NCBI GenBank assembly: GCA_965637545.1
Contig: OZ281496.1
Span: 13,888,001 to 13,952,000 of the forward strand
DNA length: 64,000 nt
Source: Phallusia mammillata
Taxonomy: Eukaryota
Direction of reading: 5' to 3'
Made by a program: the position numbers and the translations under genes. How positions within the stretch are numbered: the first letter of the stretch is position 1; each line of letters starts with the position of its first letter. This document shows positions 35,618 to 47,630 of the stretch, in pieces. A model generated the notes under the pieces. That model saw only the letters and a program-made list of their open reading frames with translations. It did no database searches and was not told the DNA's origin.

Positions 35618-36583
35618 GCTACGCTTTGTATTAGAATCATTATCAACGCAAAGAGCGAGCGCACGACATCACAATTACAGGAACTAACTTGTCAATAGCA
35701 GAGCTGGATTACCCATTTGACATGCTTCATGCCCTATTGTATCATGATTATAACGTACTCCGGCAGAAGCGCGCTTCGATATATCGCTGTTTAGTATATA
35801 AGTCATTTTTCATATCTCTTCCATCAGCGACCATTCAAAGAAGCTTTGACCAAGTATTCACTGTTTTGAGTACTTTATTTGCTACGCGTCTTGATGATGA
35901 TGTCACAACGCATTTTTTTACTAATCACAATGCTTCATTTGTCGGGCTTGTCTGCGCTTTAAAAGCAAAATTTGCAGGTAGTAATTGACTTGTGCTTGGC
36001 CGAACGTAGGTGGAACCCAAGTAGTTGGTACAGAGCATCGCAATTTTTTATGCTAAGCGCTCGTCCGCATTAACTAAGCCGTTAGAGTGGTAAGATAATT
36101 GCTACAAAACCGTACAGCGAATTAATTGCTTGCTTATTACACAAAAATGTAACGGGCAAGTCAGAAACGGGTTTTGTGACATCACAATTGAAAGGGTGAC
36201 ACTTAGCGTTGGCTTTTCTTACATGTAATGCAAAAAGGACCTATACATCCTAAATACGGCCCTGGTGGCTAAAAAAGGGGGCTGAAAAGAGTAAAAAAAC
36301 AGCCTGGAATTTGTAATGTTTGTGACATCACAATACACCGAGCGTTAATGTGAGATGCTCAGTGCTCGACCAAACAAAACAATTGCAGTTTTTGCTCTTC
36401 ACGGGTGTTGCGACCTATTGCCTAAGAACCTATTCGATTAGAGTGTGAGCTAATGGGGCTGCCAACAGATAACAAATACCTAATGCAAATAGATCGCACA
36501 TGAGTTCTTATTTTATCGCTGTAATGAGTCTAACCTCAAAACACTTCTGTAACAAGGCACAACTGTTTTCTGATTACTGTAGG

Positions 36584-36871
36584 AGCGTTTGTCTTGTTTA
36601 AAAGGCTCATTTTTGGTTCTTAAAAGTTGTGATGTACTAACGAGTTTGTTTTGGCTGGGCAAGTCCAGAAATGCCAACCAAAATTTCGATTGTTTAATTG
36701 GATTTAATACAGTTCATTTTATGCTCAAACTTTGCAGCACAATGCTATTAAATCCAATTAAACAATCGAAATTTTGGTTGGCATTTCTGGACTTGCCCAG
36801 CCAAAACAAACTCGTTAGTACATCACAACTTTTAAGAACCAAAAATGAGCCTTTTAAACAAGACAAACGCT
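36584..36871. repeat. Perfect inverted repeat, 126-bp arms, 36-bp spacer
   Basis: 36584-36709 is the exact reverse complement of 36746-36871. Confidence 0.95.
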
Positions 36872-38534
36872 TATGCGATTTCCATAGTCTAATTCTCGAC
36901 TGAAGTGTGGAGGCTAACCGGCTTTAACTAATTCGCAATGAGGCACTCAGCTGCGCAACAATTTCCTTTTCCAGCGTGTCCGATTACAAGCGTCATTTAT
37001 AAAAACCACCAACCGGACACAGTCCACTGGCGCTGGTAAAATCAAAATGCTTTCTCCAGTGCTTTAATAAAAACAATGGAATTCAACGGAAGAACAATAT
37101 AATAGTTCAGCAAAGTTTTTGACAATCCGTCCGACCGCCAAAGGCGCCCTACCCTTAAAAGGGTGATGCACCACAACTCCATTAGCACAAAATGGCTTCG
37201 ATTTGGAGACGACCATTATCTCACCGCCCGTCGAATCATTGTACGCTGCGTCGAACGTACGATCGTGAAAAATTCTTAAATTACTGAGCGCGGCTCACCA
37301 GACCATTTCCTCAAAAACCCAGAAATCTTTCCTTCAACGCTGCTCGCTCTTTGAGTGTAAACATTTTTTGCAACGTTGTCAACTCGCATTTGTCTGGGAC
37401 TTCAATCTCACATCTTAGTTAAATCTTTTGCGGGCTGACCTTCCTGAATGGCGGTGGTTTGCTCTTCGGTGATGACGTTGGTGTCGTGGGTTTTGTAATC
37501 TGCAGAGTTTTAAGTTTTATTATTTTTTTAAGAAGCAACTTAAAATAAAAACTTACCCGGGGTTTTACCAACAATCTTGCTGTATGGGCATAGCTTTCTC
37601 CGTTACCTTCTTTTTCTGGGTATCTGATACCGGCAATCAGACAACGCAGGAAAACCCTCGAAAAGTGATACCTGAGTTTGTTTCCTAACTAACTTCGGAA
37701 GTGTTGTTGCTGTAATCCATTCCTCAAGCTGCCGCAAATAAACGGTTAGTCCATCATCGGAGAGGTAAACCTTGTTGTACCACAGCACGGCTGTGTTTGG
37801 CACAGCAAGGTCCAGTGACATTGCTTCTACTGGGAATAAAGCCACGCTCGCAGTGCCAGTGCTGTGGCAGAATTCCACAACAGTATACCTATATTTACAC
37901 GATTTAATAAAAAGCAAAAACAAAAACCCCAGTGTCACAATGGCATTACAAAAACTACGACACGGTACATTATTAAGTTACCGAACCCTGACCAAATGGG
38001 CTGCGATGACGATCTATACAAAGATTTTGTATCCATGGAGGTTTACTGCATGTTACGGTTCGTAACTAGACATTTGTGCCAAAATGACAATTTGATGACG
38101 TCACCACATGTGGGTTCACATTTAGTCACTTGCGTCATTGCAATCAGAATGTTTTAGCCATGGGTTCTGTAACGGTCCCTTACAATGCGGTCTATTCAAC
38201 CTCGTAATTTAAAACCCGCTCGCTTGCTTACACGCGATATTCGCTGGACAGGGCCTTATTTGGTGTAGGTCCGCCGCTGTTACGCTCTGTTGTTATTACG
38301 CTTCGTTGCATTTCCGGTTGATGGGCGTCGCCTCGCCCAACCTTGCGCATCGCTCCCAATTCTTGTAATTAAGTAGATCGCTATTTCTCTAAGTAATCTC
38401 TTTGTTATGATCGCACGATTTTCCAAGCTGTACTGACATTTCTGTGAATCTTGCAAAAGGCTTTTCTGTTGTATATAATCTACGGCCTTGCTGCTCAAAG
38501 GCAGTTCTTGTTGTGTCGTATTCCTCTCGTATGC

Positions 38535-38734
38535 NNNNNNNNNNNNNNNNNNNNNNNNNNNNNNNNNNNNNNNNNNNNNNNNNNNNNNNNNNNNNNNNNN
38601 NNNNNNNNNNNNNNNNNNNNNNNNNNNNNNNNNNNNNNNNNNNNNNNNNNNNNNNNNNNNNNNNNNNNNNNNNNNNNNNNNNNNNNNNNNNNNNNNNNNN
38701 NNNNNNNNNNNNNNNNNNNNNNNNNNNNNNNNNN
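38535..38734. other. Assembly gap (200 N)
   Basis: Run of N. Confidence 1.
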
Positions 38735-38931
38735 TGTCTTTTCAAAACTCCACTTTGCCGAAATTCTTTTTCGCATACGTCACACCGATGGATTTTTTTC
38801 TTAGTGTGAGACATGTGTGTGTTCAAAACTTCCTTTTGACTAGATCCTGTTTCACGAACATCACACCGATGAGGTTGTTTCCAATTTCCAGTTTGGTGTA
38901 ATTGCTCATTCATGTCCCAGCTAACACACAT
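38735..38931 (-). CDS. 5' part of the second copy of the C2H2 zinc-finger gene, cut by the gap
   Basis: Identical N-terminal translation MCVSWDMNEQ...VLKR. Confidence 0.7.
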
Positions 38932-41900
38932 TCAAAGTAGTTGGTTCTCATACGTAGGTGCCAGCGCACTACCCGGCGGTTGCCTTTGCAATATTCTAGA
39001 TTACGCTGTAATAAATCAGGGCTGTTGAATTAACTTGCTTTGCCAAATAGTTTGCTGTTATAAGGTAATAAATCACAATCAAAAACGCATCACAACAGAC
39101 TAGAAAGTTTGAATGTAACAAATTACTCGACTACATCTAAATGTTATCACAAACTAATTTCACACAACCGGTTCAGAAACAACGAAAAAACTAATTAAAT
39201 CTTGCCTAGCGAGCAATTCACCAACGATTTTTTTTTGGTTTTCCTGCATCTGTCCACAGCTTATTTTTGTATTTGATTCCCACAAATAAATCGCTGTATG
39301 AACTAAAAAAACGTGAACTTTTAATAAACTGACAACAGAAGTAAATTCTGCTTGAGAAAAAAAAGTCACCCGAACAGCAGAGCTAGGTAAGAACAGAACA
39401 GTAGTCTGACAACGTTTTACTCACATACACATTATTGTGTTGCACCGCATGCTGCTGTTGTTGTTGATGTTGACCAACTACCACTACATGCATTCAAATA
39501 ATTAAAAACCGCTAGTAGTCGGCACATGTAACATCACTAGCTAATTTCTGCGCGAAACATCCCGAAACGCGTTGTGAATGTCAAACTGGGCCATGCGTGG
39601 CAGCGAAAATTAAGTGTGCAGTGAACCGTAGCTAAAAGAAAAAGGCAGTCGTGCATTGCGAGTGCGCAGACATCCGCGTTCGTTGCGCATCTGATTTCCC
39701 CACCGATATTGTTTTTCAGACTTGACGGTCAGATAAAAATCTTGCATGAAGTGTCACTCTGTATCATCGCAATATAACAGATTAAAATTTAAGTGTATGT
39801 CGCGTTTTTTGTTAAAACGTAGGTTTCTGGTGTGTTTGGTCGCAGTTTTAAAGTAGCATAAAAATGGTGTACTTTTTTCACTCATCGCGTCTTTGTTAAA
39901 ATACACAATAACGTGACTGTACCCTGTGTTTTAAATTTATACTTGTGGAGAGCTTAGGTTTCACAGTGCATCACATTTTTAAACAATATCTACTTCAGAG
40001 TTGTGTAAGGTTGCGGAACAAGCGAAGCGTGCTTTGACTTACAATAGCTAAAAAACAGTTGTTGTAATTCCTACATGTGCTGTGCTAGCGGCTTGTTTCA
40101 TTCACGTAAATCGTTTGGTACGGTTGTGTGCAGTTTCATACTGGAATGAAGTAACCAAATTTTGGTCAAATACTATTCTTATTTTGTTCTGGAAAAATCC
40201 GGAGAGTTGCTTTAAGCAAACTTATGTACTTAGAAACATAAAACCAGTTTATACTCGTAGTCTCTGACTATTTTACTACATGTTACGCATTTCCGATCAA
40301 CAGGCCTTGACAACAGCACACACTCTTATTTCGGAGTTTTCTGTTCCCCTTCGGAACGCCTTGCTACCTTTATTCGGGTCAGAATAGAGATTTCGAGTCG
40401 AAGCTGTTTCAGGAAATATGTACATGCTTGGCAATAAAAAAAAAGCGTAATAAACGTTCTGTCGCCCCCATTTTTCTTACTTGAGGTTTAACCGAACTCG
40501 TTCACAAAGGCAGTTTTAGTTTCTAAACTGCAACATCTTTAATGGTTTATCGTTCTCATTTTGATTTGTGTTTTCAATTCGATTGTCAGTTAATTTTTGT
40601 TTCGTTTTCAATTCATTTATTTATTTATTTGTGGTGGCACTCATAAGCCACCATCTTATGTAATCCAACAGTAGTCCAAAAACAGTTGTCGAGCATCTCC
40701 TTCGTTTTAACTAGATCGATGACGGGAGTCCGACATAGTGATCGCTATTCAAGATTGGCTTAGCTGAACGGGTAATTTCTGTGGCATATTTTTGTTTCTT
40801 TGTGCGTGACTAGGTAATCAGGGAAATAAAGTTAGTATCTATTATACTTGCTAAATTAATAGTTTCAGAGGAATGTTTTGAAGTCTACGTAATTACTGCG
40901 TCCCGCCTTCATTGCGAAAGAAACAGCGAATTAAACGCTTTTAACCTTGATTGACTAAGTAAGCAACTTTGACCTCAACAATCATGGGACAAAAATAACA
41001 CAAGGTAACTGGCATTTAAATTAAACCATAATCCAAAACCGCATTGTTTAGCAACTTGATATATGTTCCGTTGTTTTTCCTAATCATTGCAAACTTAGTA
41101 TACCCTGCTTGGATTAATGTATCATTGTAATTTTATCATGTTGAAAATAATAGATGCAGGTTTGGCAAATATTTTTTTAAGGTATGAGTTGTTTGAAAGG
41201 ATGTAAGGTTTTGGTGCGTTAGATATATTGAATGTGTCGTGGATAAATGGCCAATGGGTATTTTTTAATCAGCTGGTTGTTGTTGTTTTTCTATTTGTTG
41301 CAGATGATTCTTGTATTTAATCTCGTTAATAAAGTTTATGGCTTGGAATTGCAGTGTTGCTGGTCTGAAACGATGCTGAGTATAGTTGTTTTTTTTTGCA
41401 TAATAAGGTTGGTAGTACGTAGTTGTAAAAACGCAACCAGTCTTTTCAGGCAGTGATCGGCAACCACCGGGCCGCAGAAAACTTTCTCAAAGTTCACATT
41501 GAATCCAAGTTGTAATAATCGTCACTATTTGTGGTTTTAAAGGCAGGTCCGCGACAAAAATTTCCGTTTCAAACCGGTCCGCAGTGCATAAAAGGTTTGC
41601 GACCCCTGCTTGAAGGAATGTTAAAAAAAAGTTCAAATGATAATACAGTAAAACTTGTACTACTGGATCATTCAATGCCATTTAAGCGGTATTTATATTA
41701 CTTCTCACAAAACTGACTTATTCTGTTTTAACCAAGGATTTTATCGTCTATACTGTTTCAAAGTTGAAAAAAGCTAACAGTGTTTGGCAGTTTAGCCCTG
41801 CCTTGATGGTTGTAATCCATTATTGGAACTGTTGTTGTTTATTAAGTGGAAGGTTTTGCGGCCATCCAACAGCAGATTTTGATCAAGGTTTTACAGCACC

Positions 41901-44900
41901 TCGTTTGAAAACTTCGACTCTTTAGTAGTACAGTCAAACTTCGACACTATTCTAGGGTTGCCATATTTTATGATATACAATCCCTGACAAAATTTACCTC
42001 AGTTGCTTTAACCCAGTGGTTTTCAAACGTTTTCATTATTTTTTTCTAAACGGTCCAATTGCCATTATTTCGAGGGCTCGCGGTCCTTAAGCTCAAATGT
42101 ATATTTCAGAAAAACGAAAGTCGATTGCAGGATTTTAGCTAGTTATGCAAAATTGCGCATAACAATGATCCAAATCTGACATCACAGACAAGACAAAAAC
42201 ATTGCAATTGTGCGCGAACAATTGCATTTTTGTTAGTTGTCATGCAATAAAGCCTATTGTTTACAATGGAGACAGTCGATTTAAACTTATTCAGTTGCAC
42301 AAAATGACGCCAAATCAGAACATAGAATTACCCTTTTCGCGGTCACCGCAAAATTGCCTCACGGACCCCAGTTTGAGAACCGCAGCGTTAACCTTTTTTG
42401 CGATCCAAACACTTCTATTATGAAATAAATTTCGAAAATTCGAAAGTGACACGCACGGCGACATGAGAACACTTTATACCAGGGGCGGGCAACTTCTCCA
42501 GTCGGCGGGCCTGATATGGTAAAATGAAGTACTTGGCGGGCCGGATTCCCGAATCGATACATTAATAGCGTATTCATCCAGTGATTTAAAACGGATTTTT
42601 GACCACCTAAACCAGTGGTTCTCAAACTTTTTTATTGTCAGGGCCAAATGGTATTTTTTTAAGTGTGCAGGGAGCCGCAAAAAAAAACGAAACCTTGAGA
42701 AAATCACTAAAGATTATGACTTTAAAAGCTAAAATAGCAATCTTTGGTGGTTTTCTGAGGTCTGGTGCGAGCCGCAAAATAAGTAGTTGGGAGCCGCATG
42801 CGGCCCCGAAAACCGAGTGTGAGAACCACTGACCTAAACCAAATACAATCAAGAACGTCACAATTACAATACAGTCCAAACAATTCTAACTGATATAACA
42901 TAAAATTATTCACCACAGACTTAGATACTGCTGAAACACTAACTAGGCTACACGTGTGGAAACAAAGGAAACCGTGAAAGCAGGTCACATATAAGGTTGG
43001 CAGTTATGTCGTAACAATGGACGATATATGGTAACAACGGCGGGAAATTTTTTTGCTATTGGGTAGCGTTACTGTCCGTACAAATATAACTTGACGTAGT
43101 AAGCAAGTAGTGGGGGATTGCGGCCGACTGTGGCCGCGGGTCACTTTATCATGTAAGACCAGAAACTGTCTGCGGGCCGCTCAAAATCCCGTCGCGGGCC
43201 GGATCCGGCCCGCGGGCCGTATGTTGCCCGCCCCTGCTTTATACGATACTCTGATCCTTGTCAATTAACTTTCTGCGAAGGATTCTGTTTAGTTTTTAGG
43301 CTAAGCTCACTGCTCATACTGTACTTGAAACAATAAGCACATATATCAGTGGTCGCCAACCTTTACCACTCCAAAAGCCATTCCCACCAATTTTATTCAG
43401 GAAAAAAAACACTGTAAACCACAAAGACCTTTTCAAATTTGAAATAAAATGCCACTGTAAAAACGTTTTTATTATCTTCCGACATTCGACTTTTTGTTGT
43501 TATATAGTTTCTTGCATTTGAGGTACACAGTTACAGCAAATGAAACTTCCCACGTTTCCATGTAGCATCGAATGCTGTGGTTTCTTGAGACGCGGGTTTT
43601 TATTTGCGTATTTCAGGGGTGACACTAAAACGCGGAATGGGCGGGAGATGGCGGGACGTCGTGAAAACCGCTGAATATCGGGTTAAATTGCTGACGATTA
43701 GTGCTATTAAGTTTAAAGAGCTCTTCTGGCAAATGTGATTTTATTCCGACGTTTCGACGTCCTACAGGTCGTCTTTAAACTTGATACTATGCCTGGCAGC
43801 AATAGCTTATATAGTGCTATTAAGGTTGGGATAAGGTTTTATAATAGAAAATCATTAAAAATAATTCCCCCGGATACATTCCGCGACCGAGGGAAACATT
43901 CAGCTGCCGAGGTAGACTTCCCGCCCAAGCATTTTTTCTGAATGTCAGGAAACAGCTGAATAAGTTTTAGGCAGGGACATTTTTTGATTCACATACTTTT
44001 ATAAAACCTCAACCCAAACCTAATAGCACTAACCGTCAGCAATTTTCCCGATATTTAACGGTTTCCACGACGTCCCGCCCGTTCCACCCATTCAGCGTTT
44101 TAGTGTCACACTATTTAAGGCGTATTGTTAGACTAGTAACAAACAGGTATTGTTTGCTAGTAACAAACAGGTATTGTTACGCGCACACACACACTGCAAA
44201 ACGAAAAAGTAACCGTGTGCGTCAACCTGCGCGCCGCCAGTTTACCTCTTTACGTTTCATTGTATAGACGCGGTTGTAGTTTATCAAAAACTTTCTCTGT
44301 TGGTACATGGATTTCATAGTATAATTTTTGTTCTTAAATTCCTGATATAATTTTTGTTCTTAAATTCTTTTGATTGTTGCGTCACTCCTGCGCATGCGCG
44401 AACTGTAGCGTGGTTGATATCATTTCCAAGTTTGTGTGTCAGGGTTTGTCTGTTTCTGGCCGTGTCGATTGGTTAGCGATTGGAATTTATGTGAAAGCTG
44501 TCGTAGTTGTGTAAGCTAACCTAGTCTATACATTATTGCAGCTGTGGAATATAGTGGCAAACTGTAAAGATTAATTGGATGGATTTAACTGAAATTCGAT
44601 TGGCGATCTTGTGATTCTGTGCATTGCTGTCGTGGTTAAGCTTTCTTGCATATGCTTTTAACTTAAAGTGTTCGACTTCAATCTAACTTTAAATGTAAGT
44701 ATTACAGTTGTGACATCCGTCGCATGTAAACTGCACAGTCGTGTTGACTGCAAATACATATTGCTGGTGAGTGAATATGTCCTGTGACGTCATAATGCCT
44801 TATTCATGTGTGATATGTTATTTCAGCTTTGCCACTCACTGAGTTACCTCTGTGGGCCATTTCTCACAAGTAAAAAACTGCATTGCTACGTGACTGAGAT

Positions 44901-44906
44901 TGATTG

Positions 44907-45725
44907 TGTTACGAATAAAATTACAACTTTCTTTACTGCTCTGTTTTGCCACTTGCTTAGTTTGTTGTTTTGTCACTATGTGTTTTCCTTTTCTCGTAAT
45001 ATGATTTATTGGTTTATTGAACAGTTTTGTTATTGCTTTGGTTTGTTGGTTCGTCGACATACGTTCATACGCGATTCATTTTCATATGTTGCGCACATTA
45101 TTACCTTTGTTTATTCGTTTTCTGTCCCGGCACTATGTTTGATTGTTGCACTGTCACTATATGTTATTCATCTTTTCTGTTTGTGTTTCACCATTGGTGT
45201 TGTTTTTTTACGTAGGTTTCTCAACCTACCTTGCGTATATTTGTTTCTCATAACAGACTTTCATTTTGTTTTATTTCCTATTTCGTTTCGAATGCAACCC
45301 ACCGTGTTGGCTTGGCATTCCTGCGCGTGTCCCTAATTACAAACATCTTCGGGACTTTGCTTAATTTGCCCCAAGATCAACTGCTGACTTTTCCTCGTGG
45401 CTGGCTCCCTAACGTGAGGGCTGTGAAAATGTGATCGGGGAGACTTGGTTGGTCGGCCTTGGTAGAACGTGCTTCTTGGCTTGTGAGATCTTTTATCTAT
45501 TTGTCCGTTTTTACATCGTGTTTTTTAAGTGCTACGTTAGCCCGATTGTGTTGTCGAGAACCGTGCTTATTTTACTCCGCTTGTATAATAAGAACAAAGG
45601 ATATATTGCATATTTTGTTACTGTTTTGCAAAAAGTAAGAGTAGCGCGCGGTCTAGTTATTGGTTTTACCGGCTAGCCGTTAGAGCAGCGTCCTGAACCT
45701 TAGGCGCAGAAATAGTAGCGCTACA
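44907..45725 (+). mobile_element. Solo LTR of the Gypsy element at 20747-23864
   Basis: 819 bp, TG...CA, flanked by the ATTG TSD and the same flanks as the full element. Confidence 0.93.
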
Positions 45726-47630
45726 ATTGTATTCGCCGATTAAAGCATTTCATGGTGTCTGTCGGTGTTCTGGTTACCAACGATGCAGTAAGAACGGAGA
45801 TTGCAGAGGTGACCTGTTACGCTGTCCGAAGAAGCTGGCCACTTTTCTAAGGGGGCTGCGTTACAAATACGAAACATGTTTGTTTTAAAGTGGAGATTAA
45901 AAAATTAAACAAAAAACAGCATAAAAGAAGGTAAACAGTGGGTTCAGTTCAGAGTCTGTTCAGTAAAGTGGTACTGGAAACAGATCAAATTCAATTTTAA
46001 AATGCACAAAAATTAAATCTGAAAAGAAGTAACCTTAATAATTGTCACACAAAGGTAGTAGTGAAAATCAGTTGCATTTCAGGTGTTTGTAAATTTGGGA
46101 TCCTTTTGACGGGTATAGTTGCGCTTTTCCGCAATTTGACCTGGCAACACTAAACGATCTGTTGCCTGCCTCACGAGGTTCAGGACTTAAACGAAGCACA
46201 GAAAAACTAGCCTTGGAAAGTTACAAAAACTACAAAACCGTGCTGCAATTAACTTCTACATCTAAAGCTGACTTAAGTGAAGTAGGATAAAAAAAAGGTG
46301 TGAAAGTTAGCTTCTACATCAGTGATTCTAAAACCGTGTGCCGCGAAATATTTCCTATTTGAATATGCAAACATTTCTTGGGGTTTTATGTCTTCATGAC
46401 GAAATACTGGTGTGCATGTCAACGTTTTAAAGCATATAATTTTGTTATTAATAATGAAAAGCATCATTACCCACCACAACAAAGTTGAAAATTAACATTC
46501 CTTAAATAACTTTGGTTATTTTTACGTGCAAAGTGTGCCGCGGAAGGAAATTTTTGTTTTTTAATGTGCTGCATGCTTAAAAAGTTTGAGAACCACTCTT
46601 CTACGTGTAGAAAGTTGATGCTGTTATTTAAAAAAGCAGTTTAATACTAGGACATAGTTTGATGTATTAGGAAGTTTAAATGATGAACAAGTTATATCAA
46701 CCTGCAACCAAGATGGACCTGTATGCACTGTGCTTGGTAAGACTTACTTATTTTATGTTACCAATCAATTTTTCAAAGCCTTTTTTAACCTTACAGAGTT
46801 ATAATGTTTTAATTGTGTTTGATCATTTGTGTGTGCTTCTCTGCATTCTTTCCTTGTTTAATCACTTACAAGTACTTCTTCAGCAAACCAGTTGATGATT
46901 CTGTTTATGTATGCAAATGGAGTGATTGCGTTAATACTGTGACTCTATCTTGTCTGTTTTCAATACAAAAATTTGCGCTGTTTTTAAACTACTACTAGTG
47001 ATTTTATTACACAGTCAATGCACAGAAATGATAGAATATAGTTAAACCTCTGAAAATGTTTTCAATAAAGTAGTCAGTAACAGTTAATGCACCAGAACAA
47101 GTAAAATAGAAAGAAGATGTACATATCACAATTTGCAAAATTCATATCATCACAACCTTCAAGAAGTATTTTCAATGATAGTTATAAGTACTACTGGATT
47201 CTAAGTATCTTGTAAAGGAAGCATGTGCAGCCTGAGCCAGCATTACTCAAATCATTGGAGAATTGTCTGTTCCTTCAGTCAAAACATGGCCCTCCCAGCA
47301 GGCACCGCGCCGTCGAAATGAGGTTCGGACCAGACGTCGTTTCCACTAAGATTTTTTGGTCGAAAATGCAACAAAATTTAGGAAGTTCGACGTCTAACAA
47401 CGACGTCAGTTTTTCGACTTTTACTGACGTTGAAATCGCGTCTATTACCGACATCTTTTTGCTACACATATTAAGGTTGGGTAAACATAAATGCTATTCA
47501 CAGGATCTGTCCCTCTAATAGTAGGCATGTAAATATCCACGATCACTGAGTCAAAATTCTTTCAGTAAATGATTAATTAAGAAGCAAATGCTTCTGACTC
47601 AAAATCAGTAGACACTGTGTTGGTATATTC

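Noticed and set aside
36589-36903. 104-aa ORF over the palindrome
   Set aside because: Non-ATG start, no recognisable motif, and a by-product of the inverted repeat.
38389-38931. ORFs spanning the N run
   Set aside because: Artefacts of translating through the assembly gap.
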